Of a stretch of 64,000 bases of DNA, positions 20,015 to 29,256 are shown in pieces. Position numbers and translations under genes: made by a program. The notes below the pieces were generated by a model. The model was not told the origin of the DNA. It saw nothing but the letters and a program-made list of their open reading frames with translations, and searched no databases. The stretch covers positions 64,001 through 128,000 of the forward strand of contig JBMORA010000063.1 in NCBI GenBank assembly GCA_049320885.1, written 5' to 3'. Each line of letters begins with the position of its first letter. Position 1 is the stretch's first letter. Origin of the DNA: Thermodesulfobacteriota bacterium (GTDB lineage: Bacteria > Desulfobacterota > Desulfobacteria > Desulfobacterales > SURF-7).

Positions 20015-21505
20015 ATGATTGCCGGACTCATCACAAAATGGTTCAACCTGGCCACCGCCAGGCTGCGCTCCACCCGCCGCTGGCCCTGGTTCCTGGCCGC
20101 CTTGATCGTCGTCCTGTCCGAGATATTCACCCTGATCATGAACAGCATCAACAGCCTGATCTGGTACGGCCGGATCGATCGGGATCTCCTGCTCATCGGC
20201 ACCATCGACGCCTTTGCCGTTTCCATCATGGTGGGCCTCATCGCCATCTTCTTGATCAAGCACGCCTTCAGCCTGGAAAACGTCAACCGAAGGCTCCAGG
20301 AACAGATCGAGCAGCTCAATCGCGCGGAGCGGCAGCGCCGCGAACTGGAGGAGCAGCTCGCCCGGGCCAGAAAAATGGAAGCGGTGGGAACCCTGGCGGG
20401 CGGCGTGGCCCATGACCTGAACAATATCCTGAGCGGGCTGGTCACCTATCCGGATTTATTGCTCATGGAAATCCCCGAAGACAGCTGGCTGCATTCCCCC
20501 CTGTTGACCATCAAGTCATCGGGTGAGCGGGCCGCCGCCGTGGTGCAGGACCTTCTGGCCCTGGCCCGCAGGGGCTGTGTCTCCGAAGCCATGCTCAACT
20601 TCAACGATATCATCACCCAGTACAAAGCCAGTCTGGAATTTCAGGCCCTGCAAGCCAATCATCCCCGGGTGGGCCTTGTCACCTCTCTGGCCATGGAGTT
20701 GCCGTCCATCAAGGGTTCGGCGGTTCATTTGGGAAGGGCGCTGATGAATCTGGTCACCAACGCCTTTGAGGCCATGCCGTCGGGCGGCACGGTCGCGGTG
20801 AGCTCGGAAAACCTGGTCCTGGAACGGTTATACAAAGGCTACGAAGTGATTCCGGCGGGCGATTATGTGGTGATCGGCGTTGCCGACAAAGGGCCGGGGA
20901 TCGACCGCCGGCATCTGGAGTCCATCTTTGAACCGTTTTACACGAAAAAAGCCATGGGGCGGAGCGGCACCGGCCTGGGCCTGGCCGTGGTATGGGGCAC
21001 GGTCAAGGATCACGGCGGGTATATCGACGTCACCAGCGGGGATGACGCCGGAACCCTCTTCCGGCTTTTTCTGCCCGCCGCGGGCCGGCCTGTCCCCGGA
21101 GAGGCCCCCACCGCTTCCATCGACGATTACCGTTCCCGGGGGGAAACCATCCTCGTGGTGGACGACATCGAGGAACAGCGCCTGCTGGCCGGGGACATCC
21201 TGGGCCGGCTGGGGTATCGAGTGCATACGGTCCAAGGAGGCCGGGAAGCGGTGGACTTCTGTAAAACCACCCCCGTGGACCTGGTGGTCCTGGACATGAT
21301 CATGGATCCGGGGATGGACGGTCTGGAAACCTACCAGCAAATCCTCGCCTGCCGGCCCGGCCAGAAGGCCATCATCGCCAGCGGCTTTTCCGAGACCGAC
21401 CGGGTCACCCAGGCATTGGCCCTGGGCGCCGGAGCTTACGTCAGCAAACCCTACCTGGCCTCCCAACTCGGCCAGGCCGTGCGCCGGGAGTTGGACCGGA
21501 AATAA
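20015..21505 (+). CDS. Membrane hybrid histidine kinase (2 TM, HisKA, HATPase, REC)
   Basis: Two hydrophobic helices, GVAHDLNN, NLVTNA, GTGLGL, receiver VVDD and LDMIM. Start uncertain (19976-20015). Confidence 0.88.
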   Translation: MIAGLITKWFNLATARLRSTRRWPWFLAALIVVLSEIFTLIMNSINSLIWYGRIDRDLLLIGTIDAFAVSIMVGLIAIFLIKHAFSLENVNRRLQEQIEQLNRAERQRRELEEQLARARKMEAVGTLAGGVAHDLNNILSGLVTYPDLLLMEIPEDSWLHSPLLTIKSSGERAAAVVQDLLALARRGCVSEAMLNFNDIITQYKASLEFQALQANHPRVGLVTSLAMELPSIKGSAVHLGRALMNLVTNAFEAMPSGGTVAVSSENLVLERLYKGYEVIPAGDYVVIGVADKGPGIDRRHLESIFEPFYTKKAMGRSGTGLGLAVVWGTVKDHGGYIDVTSGDDAGTLFRLFLPAAGRPVPGEAPTASIDDYRSRGETILVVDDIEEQRLLAGDILGRLGYRVHTVQGGREAVDFCKTTPVDLVVLDMIMDPGMDGLETYQQILACRPGQKAIIASGFSETDRVTQALALGAGAYVSKPYLASQLGQAVRRELDRK

Positions 21506-21540
21506 AGCCGCTACGATGATCAAAAAGGAGATAAAACAAA

Positions 21541-22404
21541 ATGAATTTGATGCTAAAACTCGGCAAACAAAGCGTTGTCACCACCGAACTGGGTCCGGTG
21601 AAAGGTGCCATGGCCCGGGAGGCTCTTGAAAAGGCCGCCGCCTATGCCGCGCTCGACGGGGTCAACATCCATGATTGCCCCATGGGGAATTTGCGGATCA
21701 ATTCCATCGCCATGGGCAGCCTGATCCAGGCCCGGCTGGGACTCTCCGCGATCCCCCATTTCACCTGTCGCGACCGCAGCCTGCTGGGCACCCAGGCGGA
21801 TCTTCTCGGCGCGCACGCTCTCGGCATCCGCGCCCTGCTCGTGACCACCGGAGATCCGCCCAAACACGGCCCCTATGCCTCCAAGGCGGTATATGATTGC
21901 AACACCTTCGAACTGGTTCGGCTGGTCAAGAAAATGAACGCCGGGCTGGATGCAAACGACAAGGAATTCGGCGGCCATACGGACTTCACCGTCGCCTGCA
22001 CCGCCATGCCCACGGCCCGTGACCTGGATCGCGAACTGGAACGCATGCAGAAAAAAATCGACGCCGGCGCCGACTTTTTTCAAACCCAGGTCGTTTATGA
22101 CGTGGAAAAAGCCCTTCGGTTCGCCGAAGCGGCCCGCAAGCTCGGCAAGCCCTTCCTGATGGGTGTCATGCCCTTGAAAAGCGTCAAGATGGCCCGGTAC
22201 ATGCAGGAAAAAGTCGAGGGTATCGACGTGCCGGATCACATCATCGCAAGCATGGAAAGGCACGGTCAAAGCGGCATCGACATCGTCTGCCGCATCGTCC
22301 GCGAAATCCACGCCCATGTGGATGGCATCCATATCATGGCGCTGGGGGATGTGGCGGGCACCAACCGGATTATCGAGTTCGCCCGCTCCCTGCCGAAAGC
22401 GTGA
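21541..22404 (+). CDS. metF: Methylenetetrahydrofolate reductase family protein (stand-alone paralogue)
   Basis: TELGP, PHFTCRDR, TGDPP, KIDAGADFFQTQ, GIHIM; AAGGAG RBS. Confidence 0.85.
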   Translation: MNLMLKLGKQSVVTTELGPVKGAMAREALEKAAAYAALDGVNIHDCPMGNLRINSIAMGSLIQARLGLSAIPHFTCRDRSLLGTQADLLGAHALGIRALLVTTGDPPKHGPYASKAVYDCNTFELVRLVKKMNAGLDANDKEFGGHTDFTVACTAMPTARDLDRELERMQKKIDAGADFFQTQVVYDVEKALRFAEAARKLGKPFLMGVMPLKSVKMARYMQEKVEGIDVPDHIIASMERHGQSGIDIVCRIVREIHAHVDGIHIMALGDVAGTNRIIEFARSLPKA

Positions 22405-22428
22405 GCTCCATATTGATTTCGTCTTGAT

Positions 22429-22473
22429 TTGAACAATAATAATGAACTATATTATAATAAATTCTGGTTCATT
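22429..22473 (+). promoter_or_regulatory. Sigma70 promoter and inverted-repeat operator of TA operon 2
   Basis: TTGAAC (22429-22434), 18 bp, TATAAT (22453-22458). AATGAAC (22441-22447) and GTTCATT (22467-22473) flank the -10 box. Confidence 0.65.
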
Positions 22474-22485
22474 TTGGAGGCTTCA

Positions 22486-22740
22486 ATGAAATCAATAACC
22501 ATACACGGCATTGATAATGATCTTGATAAAAAGATCGCGGAAAAATCAAAAGAATACGGATTAAGTCAAAACCGTACCGTGAAATATATCCTTCAAAGTA
22601 CATTGCTGACGGATCATAAAGCGGCAAAAAAAAAGGCCTTCTCCGATTTGTTTGGAAAATGGACATCACAAGAAAAAGCCGAATTTGAGAACAGAATCGA
22701 AGATCTGGAAAAGATTGATGCATCGGATTGGAAAAAATGA
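22486..22740 (+). CDS. Antitoxin, FitA/Arc-like ribbon-helix-helix
   Basis: MKSITIHGID...KEYGLSQNRTV; acidic C-terminus; GGAGG RBS; ATGA overlap with the PIN gene; AT-rich. Confidence 0.8.
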   Translation: MKSITIHGIDNDLDKKIAEKSKEYGLSQNRTVKYILQSTLLTDHKAAKKKAFSDLFGKWTSQEKAEFENRIEDLEKIDASDWKK

Positions 22741-23135
22741 AGAAAATTTTGCTGGATACAAACGCCTATACCGCGTTTATGAATGGAGACCAAATCGTTT
22801 TTGATTATATCATTGAATCAGAAAAGATATTTGTATCAACCATAATGGCGGGAGAACTTTTCGCTGGATTTATTGGAGGCAAAAAATATCGTGAAAATGT
22901 CGGTGAATTGAAACAATTTCTTCAAAAAGAAGGGGTTTTGACAGTAGATGTAACAATAGAAACCGCAGAAATATTTGGTGAAATAAAATCAGAACTCAGC
23001 AAAACAGGGGAAATGATCCCATTAAATGATATTTGGATAGCAGCGCATGCAATCGAAACCGGTTCCAAATTGATCACCTATGATGCACATTTCAAAAACA
23101 TCCATGGCCTTAGAATTTGGGAAGTAGTGGGATGA
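22737..23135 (+). CDS. vapC: VapC-family PIN-domain toxin
   Basis: ILLDTN, GELFAG, IPLNDIWIAAHA, LITYDAHF. Confidence 0.92.
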   Translation: MKKILLDTNAYTAFMNGDQIVFDYIIESEKIFVSTIMAGELFAGFIGGKKYRENVGELKQFLQKEGVLTVDVTIETAEIFGEIKSELSKTGEMIPLNDIWIAAHAIETGSKLITYDAHFKNIHGLRIWEVVG

Positions 23136-23139
23136 ATCC

Positions 23140-23943
23140 ATGGTGACCATCATCATCACCTATCTGGGCGTCGGAGCCGTCGCCGGGATACTGGCGGGAT
23201 TGCTGGGAGTCGGCGGCGGACTGATCATCGTACCCATGCTGGTGTTTTGTCTGACCCGGGAGGCGGTCGCTCCCCAGGCTGTCATGCATATCTCCCTGGG
23301 CACGTCCATGGCCAGCATCATGTTCACCTCCATATCCAGCTTTTCCGCCCATCACAAGCACGGGGCCGTGCAATGGTCCGTGGTGCGCCGCATTGTTCCG
23401 GGGATCCTCACCGGCACTTTCCTGGGCTCCTGCGTGGCCGCCCTGCTGTCCACCAATTTCCTGAAGGCTTTTTTCGTGGTGTTTTTATATTACGTGGCCG
23501 TCCAGATGCTGACCAATCGAAAACCAACGCCATCCCGCACGCTTCCCGGAGCTGCCGGCATGTTCATTGCCGGCAATATCATCGGTATGACGTCAAGTCT
23601 CGTGGGAATCGGCGGGGGTTCCCTATCGGTGCCCTTCATGATATGGTGCAATCTGGCCGTGCATGAGGCCATCGGGACTTCAGCCGCCATCGGTTTCCCC
23701 ATTGCAGTGGCCGGAACCATCGGCTATCTTTTCAATGGCTGGCAAGTGGATGGATTGCCCGCTGCTTCCCTCGGCTATATCTACCTCCCCGCCCTGGCCG
23801 GAATTGTCGGCGCGAGTGTGCTGACCGCGCCCCTGGGCGTTCGCCTGGCCCACCGTCTGCCGGTGGACAAGCTCAAGCGCCTATTCGCCGCCCTGCTCAT
23901 TGTCATGGGGACGCGTATGCTGGCCGGTTTGATCTGGCCATGA
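23140..23943 (+). CDS. TauE/SafE (TSUP) family transporter
   Basis: Repeated GLLGVGGGLIIVP / SLVGIGGGSLSVP and GTS motifs; about 8 TM. Confidence 0.9.
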   Translation: MVTIIITYLGVGAVAGILAGLLGVGGGLIIVPMLVFCLTREAVAPQAVMHISLGTSMASIMFTSISSFSAHHKHGAVQWSVVRRIVPGILTGTFLGSCVAALLSTNFLKAFFVVFLYYVAVQMLTNRKPTPSRTLPGAAGMFIAGNIIGMTSSLVGIGGGSLSVPFMIWCNLAVHEAIGTSAAIGFPIAVAGTIGYLFNGWQVDGLPAASLGYIYLPALAGIVGASVLTAPLGVRLAHRLPVDKLKRLFAALLIVMGTRMLAGLIWP

Positions 23944-23965
23944 TTTTCCGGCGACCGCCCCCGTT

Positions 23966-24640
23966 TCATGTTTCCGATGATTCCGAATCCTGGCGTTTCC
24001 GGTACCATTCCTCATCCTGATACAATTCCTCCGCGCAGGCCGGACAGATGCTGTGGCTGAACAGGACTTCCGAATGTTTCTGGATATAAGCTTCCAGTTT
24101 GTTCCAGTATCCCCTGTCATCCCGGATTTGATGGCAATTGCTGCAGATGGGGAGCAGTCCGCTCAATTTCCTTACGGACTTCAGGGCGTTCTGCAAATCC
24201 CCGATGAGTCGTTCCTTTTCCGCTTCCGCCCGTTTTCGTTCCGTAATATCGCGGATGAAACCGAAAATCTGGGTTTCCGTGCCGTACTGGAACAAGGCCG
24301 CGGTGATCTCCACCGGGAAAGTGCTTCCGTCCTTGCGCAACAGCAGATCTTCCGTTTTCACGGTTTCCCCTTGCATGATTTTCTGCCATAAAATCGCGGC
24401 CTGTTCCGGTTCAAGCCCCCGCTGAAAATCATATACACTCATGGAAAGCAGTTCGCTGCGCGAATATCCCATGAATTCGCAGGCCTTTTCATTCACCTGG
24501 ACCAGCCGGCCGTTCAAATCATGAGCGAAAAAAGCGTCCGGTGCGTTTTCAATGATGGTTTTCAGCCTGTTTTCGTTTTCTTGAACAATGGATAGAACTG
24601 GTTCATGAGAAGCCGTATCGATTTGTTTCTCTCCCGGCAT
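23966..24640 (-). CDS. PAS protein with C-terminal Cys/His (ICxxC...SHxICPxC) module
   Basis: PAS-PAC ending DITERK, a coiled coil, then LLPICSNCHQIRDDRGYW...FSHSICPAC. GGAGGGG RBS. Confidence 0.8.
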   Translation of the reverse strand: MPGEKQIDTASHEPVLSIVQENENRLKTIIENAPDAFFAHDLNGRLVQVNEKACEFMGYSRSELLSMSVYDFQRGLEPEQAAILWQKIMQGETVKTEDLLLRKDGSTFPVEITAALFQYGTETQIFGFIRDITERKRAEAEKERLIGDLQNALKSVRKLSGLLPICSNCHQIRDDRGYWNKLEAYIQKHSEVLFSHSICPACAEELYQDEEWYRKRQDSESSET

Positions 24641-24915
24641 GGCCCCCTCCATCGCCGATGGTTTCCACCGGCAACGATAGCTGGAATGAAGCGTTTTCTG
24701 CTTTATACCTTTACTCGGACCAATTAGACAAGAAACATTTCGAGGGCCGATCCCTGACGGACTCGGCGATTCGATTCGGGCTTGCAATCACTTTTGGATT
24801 GCCGTAAGCTGCATCGGTTTTTGAATTGCCGAGGTCTCGGGGGCGACCTTGCGGGCCTGGGGAATGATGTTGGAGGAGAAGGTAAACCACCCACCGCATG
24901 ATGGAGGAGGAAAGC

Positions 24916-26043
24916 ATGAAAAAAGCGTTGTTGTTGACGGTCATGAGCGTTGTATTGTCGGTTCTGTGCGTCACCCATGCCGGAGCGGCCGATGAAATCA
25001 AGATCGGCGCCATTCTGAGGCTGTCCCAGGGCGCTTCCGACGGTCTGCCGGCCAGACGGGGAATCGAGATCGCGGTAAAGGAAATCAACGCCAAAGGCGG
25101 TATTGCCGGCAAACCCCTGCGCGTCATCTATGAGGACAGCAAGGACGCTCCCCAGACCGCGGTGGCGGCCTTCCAGAAGCTGGTCAACATGGACGGCGTC
25201 AAGGTGATCATCGGCCCCATGATGAGCGGCGAAGTCCTGGCCGTGGCACCGGTGGCCATGTCCAACAAGATCGTCGTCATCACTCCCAACGGCACTTCGC
25301 CGAAGATTTCCGAAGCCGGCGAATACATCTACCGCGGCTGCACCAGCATCGATAAACAGGCTTCGGCCCTGACCCGCCATGCCAAAGAAAAACTGAAAAC
25401 CACCAAGGTCGCCATTCTGTACAGCAATGAACCCTATGGCAAGGGCTGCAACGATCTGTTCACCAAAAATTTCACCGACCTCGGGATACCGGTGGTGATT
25501 TCCGAAAGTTTCATGGTGGGGGACCGGGATTTCTCGGCCCAGCTCACCAAGATCAAGCAGCAGCAGTTCGACCTGATCTTCATCCCCGGCTATCTGCAGG
25601 AAACCGCCCCGGCCGTTTCCCAGGCCCGGAAGATGGGCATCACCGCGACCTCCATGGGCGTCTTCGGCGACATGGCCCCCAAATACATTGAACTGGCCGG
25701 CAAGGCCGCCGAGGGGCATATCAACGCCAGCGAATACAATGAGGATTATGACACGCCCGCCAACAAGACCTTCAAGGAAGCCTATTTCAACATCGTGAAG
25801 ACCACCGCCAACGAGCCCAACAACATCATGTTCGCGGCCATCACCTATGACATGACCCGCCTTACGGCCGAGGCCCTGGCGGCAAAAGGAAACGAACCGG
25901 ATGCGGTCCGGGCCTATCTCGACACGGTGAAGGATTTTGACGGCGTCACCGGCAAGCTCAGCTTTGATCAAAACGGCGACGTGATCAAGCAGGGTGTTTA
26001 CCTTTTCAAGGTCTCCGGCGGCAAATACGTAAAGGTCGAGTAG
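24916..26043 (+). CDS. LIV-type ABC transporter substrate-binding protein
   Basis: Signal peptide; IKIGAI, EINAKGGIAG, DFSAQLTKIK, FDGVTGKLSFDQNGD; GGAGG RBS. Confidence 0.9.
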   Translation: MKKALLLTVMSVVLSVLCVTHAGAADEIKIGAILRLSQGASDGLPARRGIEIAVKEINAKGGIAGKPLRVIYEDSKDAPQTAVAAFQKLVNMDGVKVIIGPMMSGEVLAVAPVAMSNKIVVITPNGTSPKISEAGEYIYRGCTSIDKQASALTRHAKEKLKTTKVAILYSNEPYGKGCNDLFTKNFTDLGIPVVISESFMVGDRDFSAQLTKIKQQQFDLIFIPGYLQETAPAVSQARKMGITATSMGVFGDMAPKYIELAGKAAEGHINASEYNEDYDTPANKTFKEAYFNIVKTTANEPNNIMFAAITYDMTRLTAEALAAKGNEPDAVRAYLDTVKDFDGVTGKLSFDQNGDVIKQGVYLFKVSGGKYVKVE

Positions 26044-26044
26044 G

Positions 26045-26902
26045 GTGTTTTTTCAGCAACTCATCAACGGGCTGGTGGCGGGGTGCGCTTATGCCCTGGT
26101 GGCCCTGGGCTATACCATGATTTTCGGCATCCTGGGCATCGTCAATTTCGCCCAGGGCGAGATTTACATGTTCGGCGCTTTCAGCGCCATCTACACCCTC
26201 GCCGCCACCGGCAATATCTGGCTTGCGGCCGCCGCCGGCATGGCGGCGGCCTGCCTGGTGGGCCTGCTGCTAGAACGCATCGCCTTCCGGCCCCTGCGGG
26301 AAACCCATCCCCTCATTCCGCTGATCAGCGCCATCGGCGCCTCCATTTTTCTGAGTTCCCTGGCAAGACTGCTTTTCGGGCCGGAGGACCGGGCTTTTCC
26401 CCATGAATTTCATCCGGTTTCCTATGAGTTCGGGGGCATCGCCATCAATCAAATCCAGATCTTCATCGTGGCAGCCTCCATCGCCCTGATGACCATCCTG
26501 TCGCTTTTTCTGTACTTCACCAGACACGGCAAGGCCATCATGGCGGTGGCCATGGACAGCGATGCGGCCCGTCTTTCCGGGATCAACGTCAACCGGGCCT
26601 ATGAAATCACCTTCGTCCTCGGCTCGGCTCTGAGCGGAGCCTCCGGCATCATGATGGCGGTTTACTACAACGCCACCTCTCCCACCATGGGGCTCCTGCC
26701 CGGACTCAAGGCTTTTTCGGCGGCCATTCTGGGAGGCGTGGGCTCCATTCCGGGGGCCATTGTCGGCGCCCTGGTGCTGGGCGTGGCCGAGAACCTGGGG
26801 GCGGCCTACATCTCCTCCAGCTTCAAGGACGCCTTCGCCTTCATCGCCCTGGTGCTGGTGCTGATCCTGCGGCCCCGGGGCATCATGGGGTCGCGCAAAT
26901 GA
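26045..26902 (+). CDS. livH: LIV-type ABC permease
   Basis: YALVALGYTMIFGILGIVNFAQGE, KAFSAAILGG, RPRG. Confidence 0.9.
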   Translation: MFFQQLINGLVAGCAYALVALGYTMIFGILGIVNFAQGEIYMFGAFSAIYTLAATGNIWLAAAAGMAAACLVGLLLERIAFRPLRETHPLIPLISAIGASIFLSSLARLLFGPEDRAFPHEFHPVSYEFGGIAINQIQIFIVAASIALMTILSLFLYFTRHGKAIMAVAMDSDAARLSGINVNRAYEITFVLGSALSGASGIMMAVYYNATSPTMGLLPGLKAFSAAILGGVGSIPGAIVGALVLGVAENLGAAYISSSFKDAFAFIALVLVLILRPRGIMGSRK

Positions 26903-27765
26903 ATCCCTATCTGCTGCATGTCCTCATCATGATGGCCATCTATGCCATTCTGGCCCTCAGCCTCAACATCATCGTGGGTTTCACCGGCCTCGTTTCCCTG
27001 GGCCATGCCGCCTTTTTCGGCATCGGCGCTTACATCAGCGGTCTGCTCATGATCAACGGCTGGGATTTTCCAGCGGCCTTCTGCCTGGCCGGCTGCGCTT
27101 CCATGGCCGTGGGTTTCCTCCTGGCCCTGCCGGCCCTGCGCGTCAAGGACGATTACCTCGCCATCGTGACCCTGGGCTTCGGCATCATCGTGGGGCTGGT
27201 ATTCATCAACCTGGATGTCACCGGCGGTCCGGACGGCCTGGTGGGGATTCCGCCGGTTGCGCTATTCGGCCGGCAGCTCCATTCCAAAACCGGGTTCCTG
27301 GTCCTTACCGGTTGCGTCCTGGTCGTCATGGTGCTGTGCATGCACCGCCTGAAAAGTTCCAAAATCGGCCGGGCCTGGGCCGCCATTCGCGACAACGACA
27401 CCTCGGCCATGTTCATGGGAATCAACGTCTTTGCCTACAAAACCATGGCCTTCGCCACCAGTTCCTTCTGGGCCGGCCTGGCGGGCAGCCTTTACGCCCA
27501 CTACACGGCCTACATCAATCCCCATACCTTCAACATGCATACATCCATCATGATTCTTTCCATGGTGGTGCTGGGCGGCATCGGCAGCATCAGCGGCGCC
27601 CTGCTGGGGGCTTTCCTGCTGATCCTGCTGCCGGAATTGCTCCGGCCCCTGGCGGATTACCAGGACCTCTTTTACGGCGCCCTGCTGGTGGCCATGATGG
27701 TGTATCGGCCCCAGGGCATCATGGGCCGGGTCAAAATCACCGAGATGTTCGGGAGGAAGGGCTGA
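26899..27765 (+). CDS. livM: LIV-type ABC permease
   Basis: GFTGLVSLGHAAFFGIGAY, DYLAIVTLGF, TGGPDG, GRAWAAIRDN. Confidence 0.9.
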   Translation: MNPYLLHVLIMMAIYAILALSLNIIVGFTGLVSLGHAAFFGIGAYISGLLMINGWDFPAAFCLAGCASMAVGFLLALPALRVKDDYLAIVTLGFGIIVGLVFINLDVTGGPDGLVGIPPVALFGRQLHSKTGFLVLTGCVLVVMVLCMHRLKSSKIGRAWAAIRDNDTSAMFMGINVFAYKTMAFATSSFWAGLAGSLYAHYTAYINPHTFNMHTSIMILSMVVLGGIGSISGALLGAFLLILLPELLRPLADYQDLFYGALLVAMMVYRPQGIMGRVKITEMFGRKG

Positions 27766-27766
27766 T

Positions 27767-28495
27767 ATGCTGGAGGTCCGCAACCTGCATGTGTATTACG
27801 GCCAGATTCATGCCGTCAAGGGCGCCAGCCTGCACGTGAATCCCGGTGAAGTCGTGGCCCTGATCGGCGGCAACGGCGCCGGCAAGAGCACGATCCTGCG
27901 GTCGATCTCCGGCATCGCCCGTTCCGCTTCGGGCGCTGTCCGGCTGGAAGACGGCGACATCACCCGCCTGAGCCCAGACCGCATCCTGAAAAGCGGCATC
28001 GGCCATGTTCCCGAAGGCCGCCGGCTTTTCCGCGGCCTGAGCGTGCGCGACAACCTGATCATCGGGGCCTATTCCCGCAACGACCGGCCGGAGATCCGAA
28101 AGGACATCGCCGCCATGGAGACCCTCTTTCCCATCCTGGGAAAACGCCGGCAGCAGCCGGCCGGGACCCTGTCCGGCGGCGAACAGCAGATGCTGGCCAT
28201 TGCCCGGGCCCTCATGGCCAAACCCAAAGTCCTGCTCCTGGACGAACCCTCCATGGGGCTGGCGCCCATTATCACCGGGCAGATTTATGAGCGCATCCGG
28301 CAGCTGAATCAAAACGAAGGCCTGAGCATCCTGCTGGTGGAACAGAACGCCCGCCTGGCCCTGAACCTGGCCCGGCGGGCCTATGTCATCGAAACCGGTC
28401 GAATCGTCATGGAAGGCCCCACCGACCAACTGCGGGAAAGCAAGGAGATCCAGCGGGCCTATCTCGGCAAGGGCTATCGGGAGGTCTGGGAATAA
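27767..28495 (+). CDS. livF: LIV-type ABC ATPase (LivF type)
   Basis: GGNGAGKS, VPEGRRLF, LSGGEQQMLAIARALM, DEPSMGLAP, VEQN. Confidence 0.92.
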   Translation: MLEVRNLHVYYGQIHAVKGASLHVNPGEVVALIGGNGAGKSTILRSISGIARSASGAVRLEDGDITRLSPDRILKSGIGHVPEGRRLFRGLSVRDNLIIGAYSRNDRPEIRKDIAAMETLFPILGKRRQQPAGTLSGGEQQMLAIARALMAKPKVLLLDEPSMGLAPIITGQIYERIRQLNQNEGLSILLVEQNARLALNLARRAYVIETGRIVMEGPTDQLRESKEIQRAYLGKGYREVWE

Positions 28496-29256
28496 TGCTC
28501 AAGGCCGAAGGAATCTCAAAGCATTTCATGGGAATTCGGGCGGTAAACCGGGTTTCCATGGAGGTGGTGAATCAGGAAATCCTGGGGGTCATCGGCCCCA
28601 ACGGAGCGGGCAAAACCACGCTTTTCAATCTGCTCACCGGTCTTTTCCCGCCGGATGAAGGCCGGATCCTGTTCAACGGACGGGAAATCACCCGGCTGAG
28701 ACCCTATGCCCGGGTGGGCCTGGGCATGGCCAGGACGTTTCAGAACCTGGAGATCTTTCGTGACATGAGCGTGCTGGAGAATGTCATGGTGGGGGGCCAT
28801 ACCCGGCTCAGGGCCGGTTACTGGAAAAGCCTGCTTTCGACCAGGGGCAAGAAACGGGAGGAAGACATCCTGAAAAAGGAGGCCCTGGATCTGCTCGAAC
28901 TCCTGGGACTTTCCCCACAGGCCCGGCAACCGGCCGTGAGCCTCTCCTACGGCAATCAACGCCGGGTGGAAATCGCCCGGGCCCTGGTCTCGAATCCCGC
29001 CCTGCTGTTTCTGGACGAGCCCGTGGCCGGCATGAATCCCACGGAGACCGGAGAGATCGCCGACCTGATCCTGCGGCTCAAATCCAACCTGAAACTGACC
29101 GTGGTCATCATCGAACATGACATGAACCTGATCATGGATATCTGCGATCGTATCGTCGTAATGACCGAGGGTGCGGTGCTGACATCGGGCCGCCCGCGTG
29201 ACATCCACCAGGACCCGCGGGTCCTGGAAGCTTATCTGGGGGGAGAGATTGTATGA
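28495..29256 (+). CDS. livG: LIV-type ABC ATPase (LivG type)
   Basis: GPNGAGKT, ARTFQN, LSYGNQRRVEIARA, DEPVAGMN, IEHDM, VLEAYLG. Confidence 0.92.
   Translation: MLKAEGISKHFMGIRAVNRVSMEVVNQEILGVIGPNGAGKTTLFNLLTGLFPPDEGRILFNGREITRLRPYARVGLGMARTFQNLEIFRDMSVLENVMVGGHTRLRAGYWKSLLSTRGKKREEDILKKEALDLLELLGLSPQARQPAVSLSYGNQRRVEIARALVSNPALLFLDEPVAGMNPTETGEIADLILRLKSNLKLTVVIIEHDMNLIMDICDRIVVMTEGAVLTSGRPRDIHQDPRVLEAYLGGEIV

Noticed and set aside
24815..24852. GG-N10-GC matches and a small hairpin upstream of the LIV operon
   Set aside because: The -24 elements (CGGTTT, CGGGGG) fit TGGCAC poorly, and such matches occur by chance in GC-rich DNA.
27767..29256. livF placed before livG
   Set aside because: Gene order in LIV clusters varies often; not notable on its own.
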